A DNA stretch of 64,000 nt. It comes from Methanobacteriota archaeon. GTDB taxonomy: Archaea; Thermoplasmatota; Poseidoniia; Poseidoniales; Thalassarchaeaceae. The stretch spans positions 4,746 through 68,745 of the forward strand of contig PBMR01000019.1 of assembly GCA_002722735.1 (NCBI GenBank), read 5' to 3'. The position numbers were made by a program, and so were the translations under genes. Shown one piece after another: positions 18,461 to 26,318 of the stretch. A model generated the notes under the pieces. It made no database searches. It saw nothing but the letters and a program-made list of their open reading frames with translations, and was not told the DNA's origin. Position 1 is the first letter of the stretch. Each line of letters opens with the position of its first letter.

Positions 18461-18505
18461 CGGGCCATTGGTGGCTCGCGGCGCACATGGTGCTGAGGTG
18501 ACTGA

Positions 18506-18787
18506 ATGGTGAAGATGCCTAGAAAGGTCATGCGTTACAGCCCAGCCGCTGGCAAGCATACCGAGCACACTGTTGAGCGCGTCAAGAAGAGGCGCGCCAG
18601 CGAACTCAAGTGGGGTCAGAGGAGGTTTCGCCGCGTTACCTCGGGATACCGCGGATTTCCCAGGCCTAAGCCAACAGGCGAGAAGCCGACCAAGCGAGTC
18701 AACCTAGTATACCGATGCACCGAAACGGGAAAGGCCCATTCGCCCAAGGGGAAGCGGGCTAGAAAGTTTGAACTCGTCGACAAGTGA
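18506..18787 (+). CDS. rpl44e: 50S ribosomal protein L44e
   Basis: Basic 93 aa protein (KWGQRRFRR..., YRCTETGKAHS) in the conserved L44e-S27e-aIF2alpha-Nop10 order. Confidence 0.9.
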   Translation: MVKMPRKVMRYSPAAGKHTEHTVERVKKRRASELKWGQRRFRRVTSGYRGFPRPKPTGEKPTKRVNLVYRCTETGKAHSPKGKRARKFELVDK

Positions 18788-18797
18788 CCGGAGTGGG

Positions 18798-18971
18798 ATG
18801 ATGAGTGGCCGTTTCCTGAAAGTCAGTTGCCGTGACTGCGGTAACGAGTGCACGATCTTCGATAGGGCCTCCACGACTGTCCCATGCCCCATCTGCGGCT
18901 CGACGCTGGCCGAGCCATCCAGTGGCATGGCGAACCTCACTGGCTGTACCGTCATAGAGGTCCTGAACTGA
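18798..18971 (+). CDS. rps27e: 30S ribosomal protein S27e
   Basis: MMSGRFLKVSCRDCGNECTIFDRASTTVPCPICGSTL is a C4 zinc ribbon. The start was moved to ATG 18798 from the track start at 18768. Confidence 0.9.
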   Translation: MMSGRFLKVSCRDCGNECTIFDRASTTVPCPICGSTLAEPSSGMANLTGCTVIEVLN

Positions 18972-18984
18972 GCGAGGCAGCATC

Positions 18985-19773
18985 TTGGCAGCGGTAGCGA
19001 ACGACTGGCCTAGTGAAGGCGAGTTGCTCGTCTGCACGATTAAGAACGTTCGTGAGAACGGGGCCTACCTGAGCCTAGACACATATCCCGGAAAGGAGGG
19101 CTTCGTCTTCATTGGGGAGATAGCCACTGGATGGGTGAGGAACATCCGGACCCATGTCAGAGAGGGCCAGAGGGTTGTGGCCAAGGTCATCGGGGTCAAG
19201 GTCGAGCGTCAGAGCATCAGCCTGTCGATAAAGTCAGTTTCCGAAGAGCGGCGCAGATCCACGCTCCAGTCCTGGAAGAATGAGCAGAGGGCCTCTCAGA
19301 TAATGCGGGTCGCTGCAGAAAGAGTGGGTTGGGACGACGAGAAGACGGAGGCGATTTCCGACGAGATGAGAGAGGCCTTCGGATCCCTATATGGGGCACT
19401 CGAGGAATGCGCAATCAATGAGGGCGCACTCGCGGAATCTGGCTTCCAGGGCTCCTGGATGGGCGTGGTCACCGAATTGGCCATAGAGAACATAATCCCC
19501 CCGTTCGTCGAAATCAGAGGCAAGTTCGACATTGAGGTATGGGGCCCAGAGGGAGTGGGGGCAATCAAAGATGCCCTCCATTCTGCCGAAGCGTGCGCTG
19601 AAGGTGTGGAGGACGTGGTCCTGCCCTGCCACTACGACGGAGCGCCACACTACAGGATTGATATCCGCGCCCCTGACTACCCAACGGCCGAGTCGGTTTG
19701 GGAAGCAGCCCAGAAGGCTGCTACACAGAGCATCGGATCTGTCGAGGGCTCGATAGCCATAGAACGCCTTTGA
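18985..19773 (+). CDS. eif2a: translation initiation factor 2 alpha subunit
   Basis: N-terminal S1 domain (GELLVCTIKNVRENGAYLSLD...GFVFIGEIA) followed by helical and alpha-beta domains. TTG start. Confidence 0.9.
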   Translation: MAAVANDWPSEGELLVCTIKNVRENGAYLSLDTYPGKEGFVFIGEIATGWVRNIRTHVREGQRVVAKVIGVKVERQSISLSIKSVSEERRRSTLQSWKNEQRASQIMRVAAERVGWDDEKTEAISDEMREAFGSLYGALEECAINEGALAESGFQGSWMGVVTELAIENIIPPFVEIRGKFDIEVWGPEGVGAIKDALHSAEACAEGVEDVVLPCHYDGAPHYRIDIRAPDYPTAESVWEAAQKAATQSIGSVEGSIAIERL

Positions 19774-19836
19774 GTGCACCTGACTGGGGACGATACTTCA
19801 TGAACCCCATCGAAGGGCTCGCCCATCAGACTAATC

Positions 19837-20049
19837 ATGGCGAGGACGAAACTCCAACGCTGCAAGGAGTGTAGGGCGTTCGGCTTGGGTACGAAGTGCG
19901 CCGAATGCGGGGGCACGATGGTCGCTGTAGCCCCGCTGAAGTTCTCGCCTGAGGATCCACAGGGAGCCAGGCGCAGGCAGAGGGTGGATGCTGGAAGCGA
20001 CGAGTGGGTCGAGTCACTTCCAACGACGAGGAAGGAGGAGAGCGAATGA
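19837..20049 (+). CDS. nop10: H/ACA RNP protein Nop10
   Basis: LQRCKECRAFGLGTKCAECGG...APLKFSPEDP is the Nop10 zinc ribbon plus the PxRFSPED-type motif. Confidence 0.85.
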   Translation: MARTKLQRCKECRAFGLGTKCAECGGTMVAVAPLKFSPEDPQGARRRQRVDAGSDEWVESLPTTRKEESE

Positions 20050-20810
20050 ACAGGTCGCAGTTGCATTGGCTGGAGGGGCAGGGCCTCCCCAAGCACTGCA
20101 CCATCATCGAGGCTGTGCCGGGAGTGGGGAACGTCGGGAAGCTGGTCATCGATGGCCTCCTGAGCAAGCATCCATCCAGAACCCTGGGGTGGCTCCTGCA
20201 TCCTGACTTCCCCCCACATGCAACCCTAGATGATGAGGGGCTAATCAGGCCGCCACGCCTCGAGTTGAGTTCGATACTCCTTCCAGACGGAAGCACGGTG
20301 ATTGCCATCAGCGGAATGATGCAGCCAATGACCGCAGCTGGCCAATTCGAGGTCTCAGAGACGATGCTTCAGTTGGCCGCGGACTCCGAGTCCACGCAGT
20401 TACTGATACTGGCGGGACTGGCATCTGGGCTGGAGGATCGCTCCATCCACGTGATCTGCTCTGATGCGAAGGTTCGCGGCAATCTCGAGTCAAATGACAT
20501 CACGGTCAGCAGGGACCAGCCAGAAGGGGGAATGATAGGCATCGCAGGAATGATTCTCTCGCTTGCTCCGACTCAAGGTGTTCATGCGGTCGGTATCGTC
20601 TCTGACACCGTCGGCACCAGTGCCGACGTACTCGCAGCCGACAGGCTCGCTAAGTGGATTGAGGAGGCTTTCGACATACCCCTGGACTTGGACCTCGATA
20701 CCACCGAGCAAACGGCGTTGCGCCTCTTGGAGACCATAGATCCGTCAGGGGCCATAGAGGATTACCTTGGAGGAGATGAGCCAGAGGTCTCGGCCGACTT
20801 CTACGTCTGA
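20046..20810 (+). CDS. PAC2 (proteasome assembly chaperone) family protein
   Basis: IIEAVPGVGNVGKLVIDGLL motif. The ATG overlaps the Nop10 stop (ATGA at 20046-20049). This is the conserved position after nop10. Confidence 0.8.
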   Translation: MNRSQLHWLEGQGLPKHCTIIEAVPGVGNVGKLVIDGLLSKHPSRTLGWLLHPDFPPHATLDDEGLIRPPRLELSSILLPDGSTVIAISGMMQPMTAAGQFEVSETMLQLAADSESTQLLILAGLASGLEDRSIHVICSDAKVRGNLESNDITVSRDQPEGGMIGIAGMILSLAPTQGVHAVGIVSDTVGTSADVLAADRLAKWIEEAFDIPLDLDLDTTEQTALRLLETIDPSGAIEDYLGGDEPEVSADFYV

Positions 20811-20870
20811 TTGTCAATAATAACAGGTGTTAGAGACTTTTATTTGCGTAAAGGCCTCTGCGTCGAGTAC

Positions 20871-21134
20871 ATGGCATCGACTGGTGAGGATGCTTTCTCG
20901 GTGCGCGTCAACGGTAGGTTGGCTGAGGAGATCGGTGTTTCGCGCCTGAGCGTCACCGTGCAGACCCCCGCCACCATCCATGACGTGATGGATGCGCTCG
21001 GTTCGAAGTACCCCGAGTCCATCGGGACTCTTGGCGAAGCGATAGCATTCGTCTCGGGACGTCACAGAGATGCCAATGAAGAATTGCAATCGGGGCAGGA
21101 GGTAACACTTCTGATGCCTGCAGCAGGCGGATAA
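20871..21134 (+). CDS. MoaD/ThiS-family ubiquitin-like small protein (SAMP-like) ending in Gly-Gly
   Basis: 87 aa beta-grasp-like sequence ending ...GQEVTLLMPAAGG followed by a stop. The start was moved to ATG 20871. Confidence 0.75.
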   Translation: MASTGEDAFSVRVNGRLAEEIGVSRLSVTVQTPATIHDVMDALGSKYPESIGTLGEAIAFVSGRHRDANEELQSGQEVTLLMPAAGG

Positions 21135-21154
21135 TGAGAATAGGAGAGAGGAAA

Positions 21155-22456
21155 ATGACAGGAGAAGTACAAGGATGCGAGACAGTATATGTGAACGAAT
21201 TCACAGATGGAGTGCTGGATCCCGAGAAGCCGATGTTGGGGCCGGTCCGGGACGGCGGGCACATCATCGCGAACACGGCCCCAGGATGCTGGGGGCCGAT
21301 GATTACCCCCGAACTGCGTGGCGGCCACGAGGTGACGATTCCCGTCGCTGTGGAGGGGGCCGAGGTCGGCGATGCGATTGCGATTAGAATCAAGGACATC
21401 TCCGTGACCTCGGTGGCTACGTCGTCGGGCAACGACTACTGGGTGGACGGCCTCTACATGGGCGACCCATACGTGGCCAAGTACGACCCCGACAACGACG
21501 AGTTGAATCCGGCGTCGTATGTAGAGGGGATCGGCGAGGATGCAGTACGATTCAAGTCGACAGGAAAGCCGGCTAGCCCGTTCAAGTTCACGAACGGCTA
21601 CACCATCGCGTTCGATAACAACCGCAGCCTAGGCGTCACCCTCGACAAGGGAGCCGCAGAGAAGATCGCACACGATGCGAAGTTCTACGCTGCGATGCCC
21701 CAGAATGCAATCCAGCACTCGATCCTCACCTTCGCACCTCACCATCTGGTTGGTCTCGTTGCTAGGCTTAGGCCGTTCATGGGACAGTTAGGAACCTGCC
21801 CCGCGATAGCGATGCCAGACTCACACAACGCAGGGGACTTCGGCACGTTCCTGGTTGGAGCCCCACACCCACAGGCGATAACCGCTGAGGATTTGCAGCA
21901 TCGCACAGACGGCCACATGGATATCGATGCTGTGCGTGCCGGTGCCATCCTGATCTGCCCTGTTAAGGTAGATGGGGGGGGCATCTACATGGGCGACATG
22001 CACGCTATGCAAGGAGACGGGGAGATTGCTGGGCACACGGCCGATGTTTCGGGCACAGTAACTCTGCAGGTTCACGTCCTCAAAGGGCTGGGCATTGACG
22101 GTCCCATCATCTTCCCGGTCGAAGAGGACCTTCCCTTCCTCGCCAAGCCAATCTCCGACGAAGAGATGGCTCTGGCTGAGAGCGTCGCGGAAAATTGGGG
22201 GATGAAAGGGGTCGAGGACGCGGTGCCGATCTCAATAGTGGGATCGGGTCCCGACTTGAACTCCGCGACCGAGAATGGTCTTGAGAGGGCTGCCGAGCTT
22301 CTGGATACCACAGTTCCAGAGATCAGGAACAGAGCCACCATCACGGGTTCGATCGAAATCGGAAGGCATCCGGGAGTGGTGCAGGTGACTTTCCTCGCTC
22401 CGGCTGACAAAATCGAGGAGTTGGGATTGCTAGGCTTAGCTAATGACCAGTATTAG
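21155..22456 (+). CDS. acetamidase/formamidase family amidohydrolase
   Basis: GDMHAMQGDGEIAGHTADVSG and other FmdA/AmdA-type motifs. The ATG at 21155 is preceded by GGAGAGAGG. Confidence 0.8.
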   Translation: MTGEVQGCETVYVNEFTDGVLDPEKPMLGPVRDGGHIIANTAPGCWGPMITPELRGGHEVTIPVAVEGAEVGDAIAIRIKDISVTSVATSSGNDYWVDGLYMGDPYVAKYDPDNDELNPASYVEGIGEDAVRFKSTGKPASPFKFTNGYTIAFDNNRSLGVTLDKGAAEKIAHDAKFYAAMPQNAIQHSILTFAPHHLVGLVARLRPFMGQLGTCPAIAMPDSHNAGDFGTFLVGAPHPQAITAEDLQHRTDGHMDIDAVRAGAILICPVKVDGGGIYMGDMHAMQGDGEIAGHTADVSGTVTLQVHVLKGLGIDGPIIFPVEEDLPFLAKPISDEEMALAESVAENWGMKGVEDAVPISIVGSGPDLNSATENGLERAAELLDTTVPEIRNRATITGSIEIGRHPGVVQVTFLAPADKIEELGLLGLANDQY

Positions 22457-24267
22457 GCGACTAGGACTTCCCCAGCGAATTCCGGAATCGGCATTCCCGA
22501 TTCGCTGAAGGCCTCTTGTACGGTTTCGAAGGGTCTGCCGGAGTTCCTCGCTGCCTTCGCCCTAGCGCTCACGATTCTCCAAGAGGACTTGCTGCCGATT
22601 CCGGGTATTGCCTCCAGTTGCTGCTGGGTGGCATTGTTGACGTCCAGTCCGATCTCGACACCGGTGATGCTGCGCATCCCGTGGTCGGTCACCAGGATGT
22701 CAGATTTGGTCTCAAGCGGGATTCTGTAAGGCACGCCGACGAGAATCGGATAGGCCCCGATCTGCCGCCCGAATGTGACTCCCGAGCTGCCGTGTATTCT
22801 CGGGTCCCTGTGTTCGGGGTCTGTGACCTGCTCCGGCCTCCTTATTCGGTCGTTGTGAGCCTCCCACCAGATCCCACGCAGGATGGTCCCTGTAGGGAGC
22901 ATGTCCTCGAGGAGCGGTCGGTCGATGGTTTTCCTAACCTGCCTCTTGAAGTCCCTGAAAGCCCGTTCGGGGACTTCCTGGAACCCCTCTCCCTCGATCT
23001 GCCTGATGTTAATCCGCCGCAGCCAGAGCCCCTCGTCCCTGAGGCTTCTGAGAAGGGTCATGTTCATCGAGTATGTCGAGTCGGTCTCGCCATTGAGACC
23101 GGCGATGAAGTTGAGGCCCGGGAGGAGCCTTGGCAGCCCCCTCTCGCCCTTGCCCCTGCCATGCTCGTTGATGAGGCGGACGGCCGTTCGAAGTTGGTCG
23201 GGGTCGCAGTTGAGCCAGTTCTTCTCGTGCACAGCGGGGTCTGCGGACTCGAGGCCGAATGAGAGCACCGCGCCGTCTGAGAGAGTCTCCACCAGGGTCT
23301 TGGTGATGGTTGTGGCAGGCTCGAGGTTCTCTGCGATGATAGAGGGGTTGGCATTGTCGACGTGAAGGACCTCGAGGCGCTCGTCCTCGCGCAGCCCGTG
23401 CAGCACCCTAGCGATAGGTTCGGGGTCTGGTACTGGGTACTCTAGGTCTCCGATCCCGCCGGCCCTGTAGGTGTAGATGTCAGTGGCCCCCCCTATGCGA
23501 ACGTTGCGAACGCCCGAATCCAATGCGGATCCAACCTCGGCGATGACGTCCTGCTCGGGTCTCCATTGGGGGATTCCCTTCTTTGGCTCGATGCAGAACC
23601 TGCATCCGCGCTCGAAGCGCACGCATCCCTGGTAGAGTTCGACCTCGTAGGTGAGGGGGCCGGGGGAGCCGTCCGGAGATGCGAGATCTGGGTGAGCGGT
23701 GACTGCCTTGGAACTGGCTCCTGCCAGTGCCCACGAGCCCCATTGCTCTGCAGTGCGCCTCATGTTCTTCCAATTGCCGGTCGCAACAAAGTGGTCGAGG
23801 GCAGCATCGGTATCCTGCACCGTGCAGAACAGGTTCTGCCTGAGCGGCGTCCAACCCATGTACCTCCAGTGCCGAATCGCCCATCCACCGCACAGCACTG
23901 GGCGGTTCTGGGGCAGGGCGGACAGCACCTCGTCGAGCTCCCGCCTGCTGATCGGGGTTCCTCGGACGTACTTCCCCGGTACGATCGCTCCAGCAAGTAC
24001 GACCGCCCCCCGTATGTCCGCAAACTCACTTCCGAGTTCCCCTCGTACTAGGTGGTTGGGGGACTTGCCCTTGTGATGGAGCCTCCACTGGTCGATTGTC
24101 ATGTACGAGTATGGCTCCCCCCTTGCTTCGAGGACTCCGCAGATGTAGCGGATGTGGAAGCCTAGGTAATTAGGCACCCCGAAGGCAGCGGGCTCGTCCT
24201 CGTAGCCGTCGATTACAAGCCATCCGCCCATGTTTTCCCACACGCCGCATGACGGCGTGGACTTCAC
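22453..24267 (-). CDS. radical SAM superfamily protein with a C-terminal helix-hairpin-helix (COG1031-like)
   Basis: Cys cluster GCVRFERGCRFC, plus SFGLESADP and NFIAGLNGET. C-terminal LEAIPGIGSKSSWRIV (HhH). ATG 24231 is an alternative start. Confidence 0.7.
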   Translation of the reverse strand: MKSTPSCGVWENMGGWLVIDGYEDEPAAFGVPNYLGFHIRYICGVLEARGEPYSYMTIDQWRLHHKGKSPNHLVRGELGSEFADIRGAVVLAGAIVPGKYVRGTPISRRELDEVLSALPQNRPVLCGGWAIRHWRYMGWTPLRQNLFCTVQDTDAALDHFVATGNWKNMRRTAEQWGSWALAGASSKAVTAHPDLASPDGSPGPLTYEVELYQGCVRFERGCRFCIEPKKGIPQWRPEQDVIAEVGSALDSGVRNVRIGGATDIYTYRAGGIGDLEYPVPDPEPIARVLHGLREDERLEVLHVDNANPSIIAENLEPATTITKTLVETLSDGAVLSFGLESADPAVHEKNWLNCDPDQLRTAVRLINEHGRGKGERGLPRLLPGLNFIAGLNGETDSTYSMNMTLLRSLRDEGLWLRRINIRQIEGEGFQEVPERAFRDFKRQVRKTIDRPLLEDMLPTGTILRGIWWEAHNDRIRRPEQVTDPEHRDPRIHGSSGVTFGRQIGAYPILVGVPYRIPLETKSDILVTDHGMRSITGVEIGLDVNNATQQQLEAIPGIGSKSSWRIVSARAKAARNSGRPFETVQEAFSESGMPIPEFAGEVLVA

Positions 24268-24277
24268 GGCTTCGCTC

Positions 24278-25546
24278 TCAGCGGCGCTGTCTGCGTCTGC
24301 CGCCGCCCCTGCTGCCGCCGGATGTCGACTCCTCTACCGTGATCCTCCGACCCTTGAACTCGGTGCCCTTGAGCGCCTTGATGGCGGCTTCACCGGACTT
24401 CTTGCTTGCGAAGGTTACGAAGGCGAAGCCCCGGGGCCTGTCAGTCTCCCGGTCCATGGCCATGTGGACCTCCTTCAGCTCGCCGTGAGGTGAGAACAGC
24501 TCCCTAAGATCGTCTTCAGTGGCTTCGTACGAGACCCCCCCTACGAACAGCTTGGTCCCCATGGTCTCCCCGGCCTTGGACCTAGCCTCCCTCATCACCT
24601 CGCGCTCACGTGCGAGGTCTTCCTTGCTGGCCTTCCCAGCCTCCACCTTGTCCATGCAATCCCTGCATCGCAGTGGCTTTCCCGGAGTAGGCTTGAATGG
24701 GACCTTGGTTGCCGTCCCGCAGAGGGTGCAGTCCGCAGCGTGCATCTCCCTCCGAGGTCGGCCTCCGCGACCGTCTCGCCCTCGTGACGAGGGGGTTCTG
24801 CGTGCGGAAGCGGGAATCTCGTGCGACAGTCCGCGCCTGTGGTCTGCGAGGGGGGAGAGGTAGGGCCTGGCCCCATCGTGCCCCAGAGTCGATTCGGCCT
24901 CCTCGGTCCAGCGCTGGCCGGGGCGGTTGAGCGGTTGGAGATCAGAGCCATCGGGAATTTCGAAGCCGTGACCGAAGCCGTTGGAAAGGGCCCTGAATCC
25001 CCTGTAGTCGCACCGGGGGCATGTGACGTTGAAGTCCGGAGTGGCATCACTCGACGCGAGTTCCACACCGCAGGTCGGGCAGGCTGCGTACAGCACCCCT
25101 AGGTCGGGATCGCCCTTTGTCGAGGCCTTCAGCATGGGCTCCGTCTTGATGACCTTGGCGCGAACGATGTCCCGCTTCCTCATGGCGTCCCCGGCAGATG
25201 GGATGAAGCGGTCAACGAGCTCGGAGACGAAGATGTCGGCAAATAGCCTCTGTGCGGGGACGTCCCTGTGGCCACCTGGCCTGCCCTCGATGTGAAGCAC
25301 CCTGAGCTCGGCGGTTTTCTCGTTGAGTCGGTTGACCTCACCAATCAGCACGTCCCCCATCTCGGGGATGTTGAGCGGGGGTCTTGACGGGTCCACGGAG
25401 AGCACCCCCCCGCTTCTGACCAGGGTGCCAGCGACCACGGCGACCGCCTCGCCGGCAGCGGTGTGGACGCCCTCGCCGGGCTGCCCATCTCCTGGAATCG
25501 CCACGGGGGTTCCGGGCGTCACGAAGTCTCCCTCAGAGGCATTCAT
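24278..25546 (-). CDS. csl4: exosome cap protein Csl4 fused to a CxxC-x17-CxxC zinc ribbon, an RRM domain and an RGG tail
   Basis: The Csl4 part has an S1 domain (GDVLIGEVNRLNEKTAELRVLHIEG...IVRAKVI) and a zinc ribbon CPTCG...CPRC. Next come an R/G/P-rich linker and CTLCGTATKVPFKPTPGKPLRCRDC. The RRM has RNP2 LFVGGV and RNP1 RGFAFVTF. The tail is SGGSRGGGRRRQRR. The start is set at ATG 25546 because the track start at 25843 overlaps the upstream gene. Confidence 0.75.
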   Translation of the reverse strand: MNASEGDFVTPGTPVAIPGDGQPGEGVHTAAGEAVAVVAGTLVRSGGVLSVDPSRPPLNIPEMGDVLIGEVNRLNEKTAELRVLHIEGRPGGHRDVPAQRLFADIFVSELVDRFIPSAGDAMRKRDIVRAKVIKTEPMLKASTKGDPDLGVLYAACPTCGVELASSDATPDFNVTCPRCDYRGFRALSNGFGHGFEIPDGSDLQPLNRPGQRWTEEAESTLGHDGARPYLSPLADHRRGLSHEIPASARRTPSSRGRDGRGGRPRREMHAADCTLCGTATKVPFKPTPGKPLRCRDCMDKVEAGKASKEDLAREREVMREARSKAGETMGTKLFVGGVSYEATEDDLRELFSPHGELKEVHMAMDRETDRPRGFAFVTFASKKSGEAAIKALKGTEFKGRRITVEESTSGGSRGGGRRRQRR

Positions 25547-25602
25547 CGGCCCGCCGACCGGAAGACCCCATATCAACGGTCCGGCAGCCTCAGACACGAA
25601 TA

Positions 25603-26256
25603 TCAGGGAGGCGAGAGGCGCCAGAATGCCGCGCGTGTTCGACCCCTCTCTCGGGCATGGTGCTCGTAAGCCACTGGCAGAGCAAAGTCTGCCTCTCCGT
25701 AACGCTCGACGCCCCAACCAGCAGCCTCGAATATCGACTGGATGTGCCGTGCCCCCGCATTGTGCATCATGTGCGCCGTAACTCCCGCTGAGAGGATTGC
25801 CTCGAGGAATGGCCTGTCGGCCCTTTCGATCTGCCTGCCCCATGGAGGGTTGCTGATTACCACGTCAATAGAGTCGAGGTCAATGGGGTCCAAGCCGACT
25901 GTGGCCCTGATGACTTCCACCGAGTCCGCCACGCACATCGACTCTGCATTCGACATCGCTACATCGCAGGCCGTTTGGTCGGTCTCAACTAGTATTGCAC
26001 ATTCAGCGCCCATCGCCATGGCGCCCAGTCCAAGTACGCCATTGCCTGCACCAAGGTCAGCGACCTTGCAACCCTCGGAGAGGTCGCTGAACGCGGAGAT
26101 GTCAGCAAGCCAGCGGGCGGCGAGCTCGCCATCTGTGGTGTACTGCTCAAGTTCGACTGAGTTGGAGGGATGCGGCTCAAGTCCGGACAGAAGCATGGCC
26201 AGCCTTCGGACCCTCATGGCTATGGGATTCCGAACATCTAAGAAAATATATTCCAT
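25603..26256 (-). CDS. N6-adenine methyltransferase, METTL5/COG2263-like putative rRNA methylase
   Basis: SAM motif VADLGAGNGVLG and catalytic NPPWG. ATG 26217 is an alternative start. Confidence 0.75.
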   Translation of the reverse strand: MEYIFLDVRNPIAMRVRRLAMLLSGLEPHPSNSVELEQYTTDGELAARWLADISAFSDLSEGCKVADLGAGNGVLGLGAMAMGAECAILVETDQTACDVAMSNAESMCVADSVEVIRATVGLDPIDLDSIDVVISNPPWGRQIERADRPFLEAILSAGVTAHMMHNAGARHIQSIFEAAGWGVERYGEADFALPVAYEHHARERGRTRAAFWRLSPP

Positions 26257-26318
26257 AATTTCAATCTCCCATTATCAATCCTGTAGGGTTCAAGTACCCT
26301 GAATTATGGTTCGTTGAC

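Noticed and set aside
21964-21971. G8 homopolymer inside the formamidase gene
   Set aside because: It is in frame (GAT GGG GGG GGC encodes DGGG) within a conserved block, with no evidence of disruption. It is noted only as a slippage-prone site.
25547-25843. N-terminal 99 codons of track ORF 24278..25843 (the extended Csl4 start)
   Set aside because: The extension overlaps the 3' end of the upstream methyltransferase gene in another frame and is Arg/Gly-rich nonsense-like. The Csl4 homology begins right after ATG 25546.
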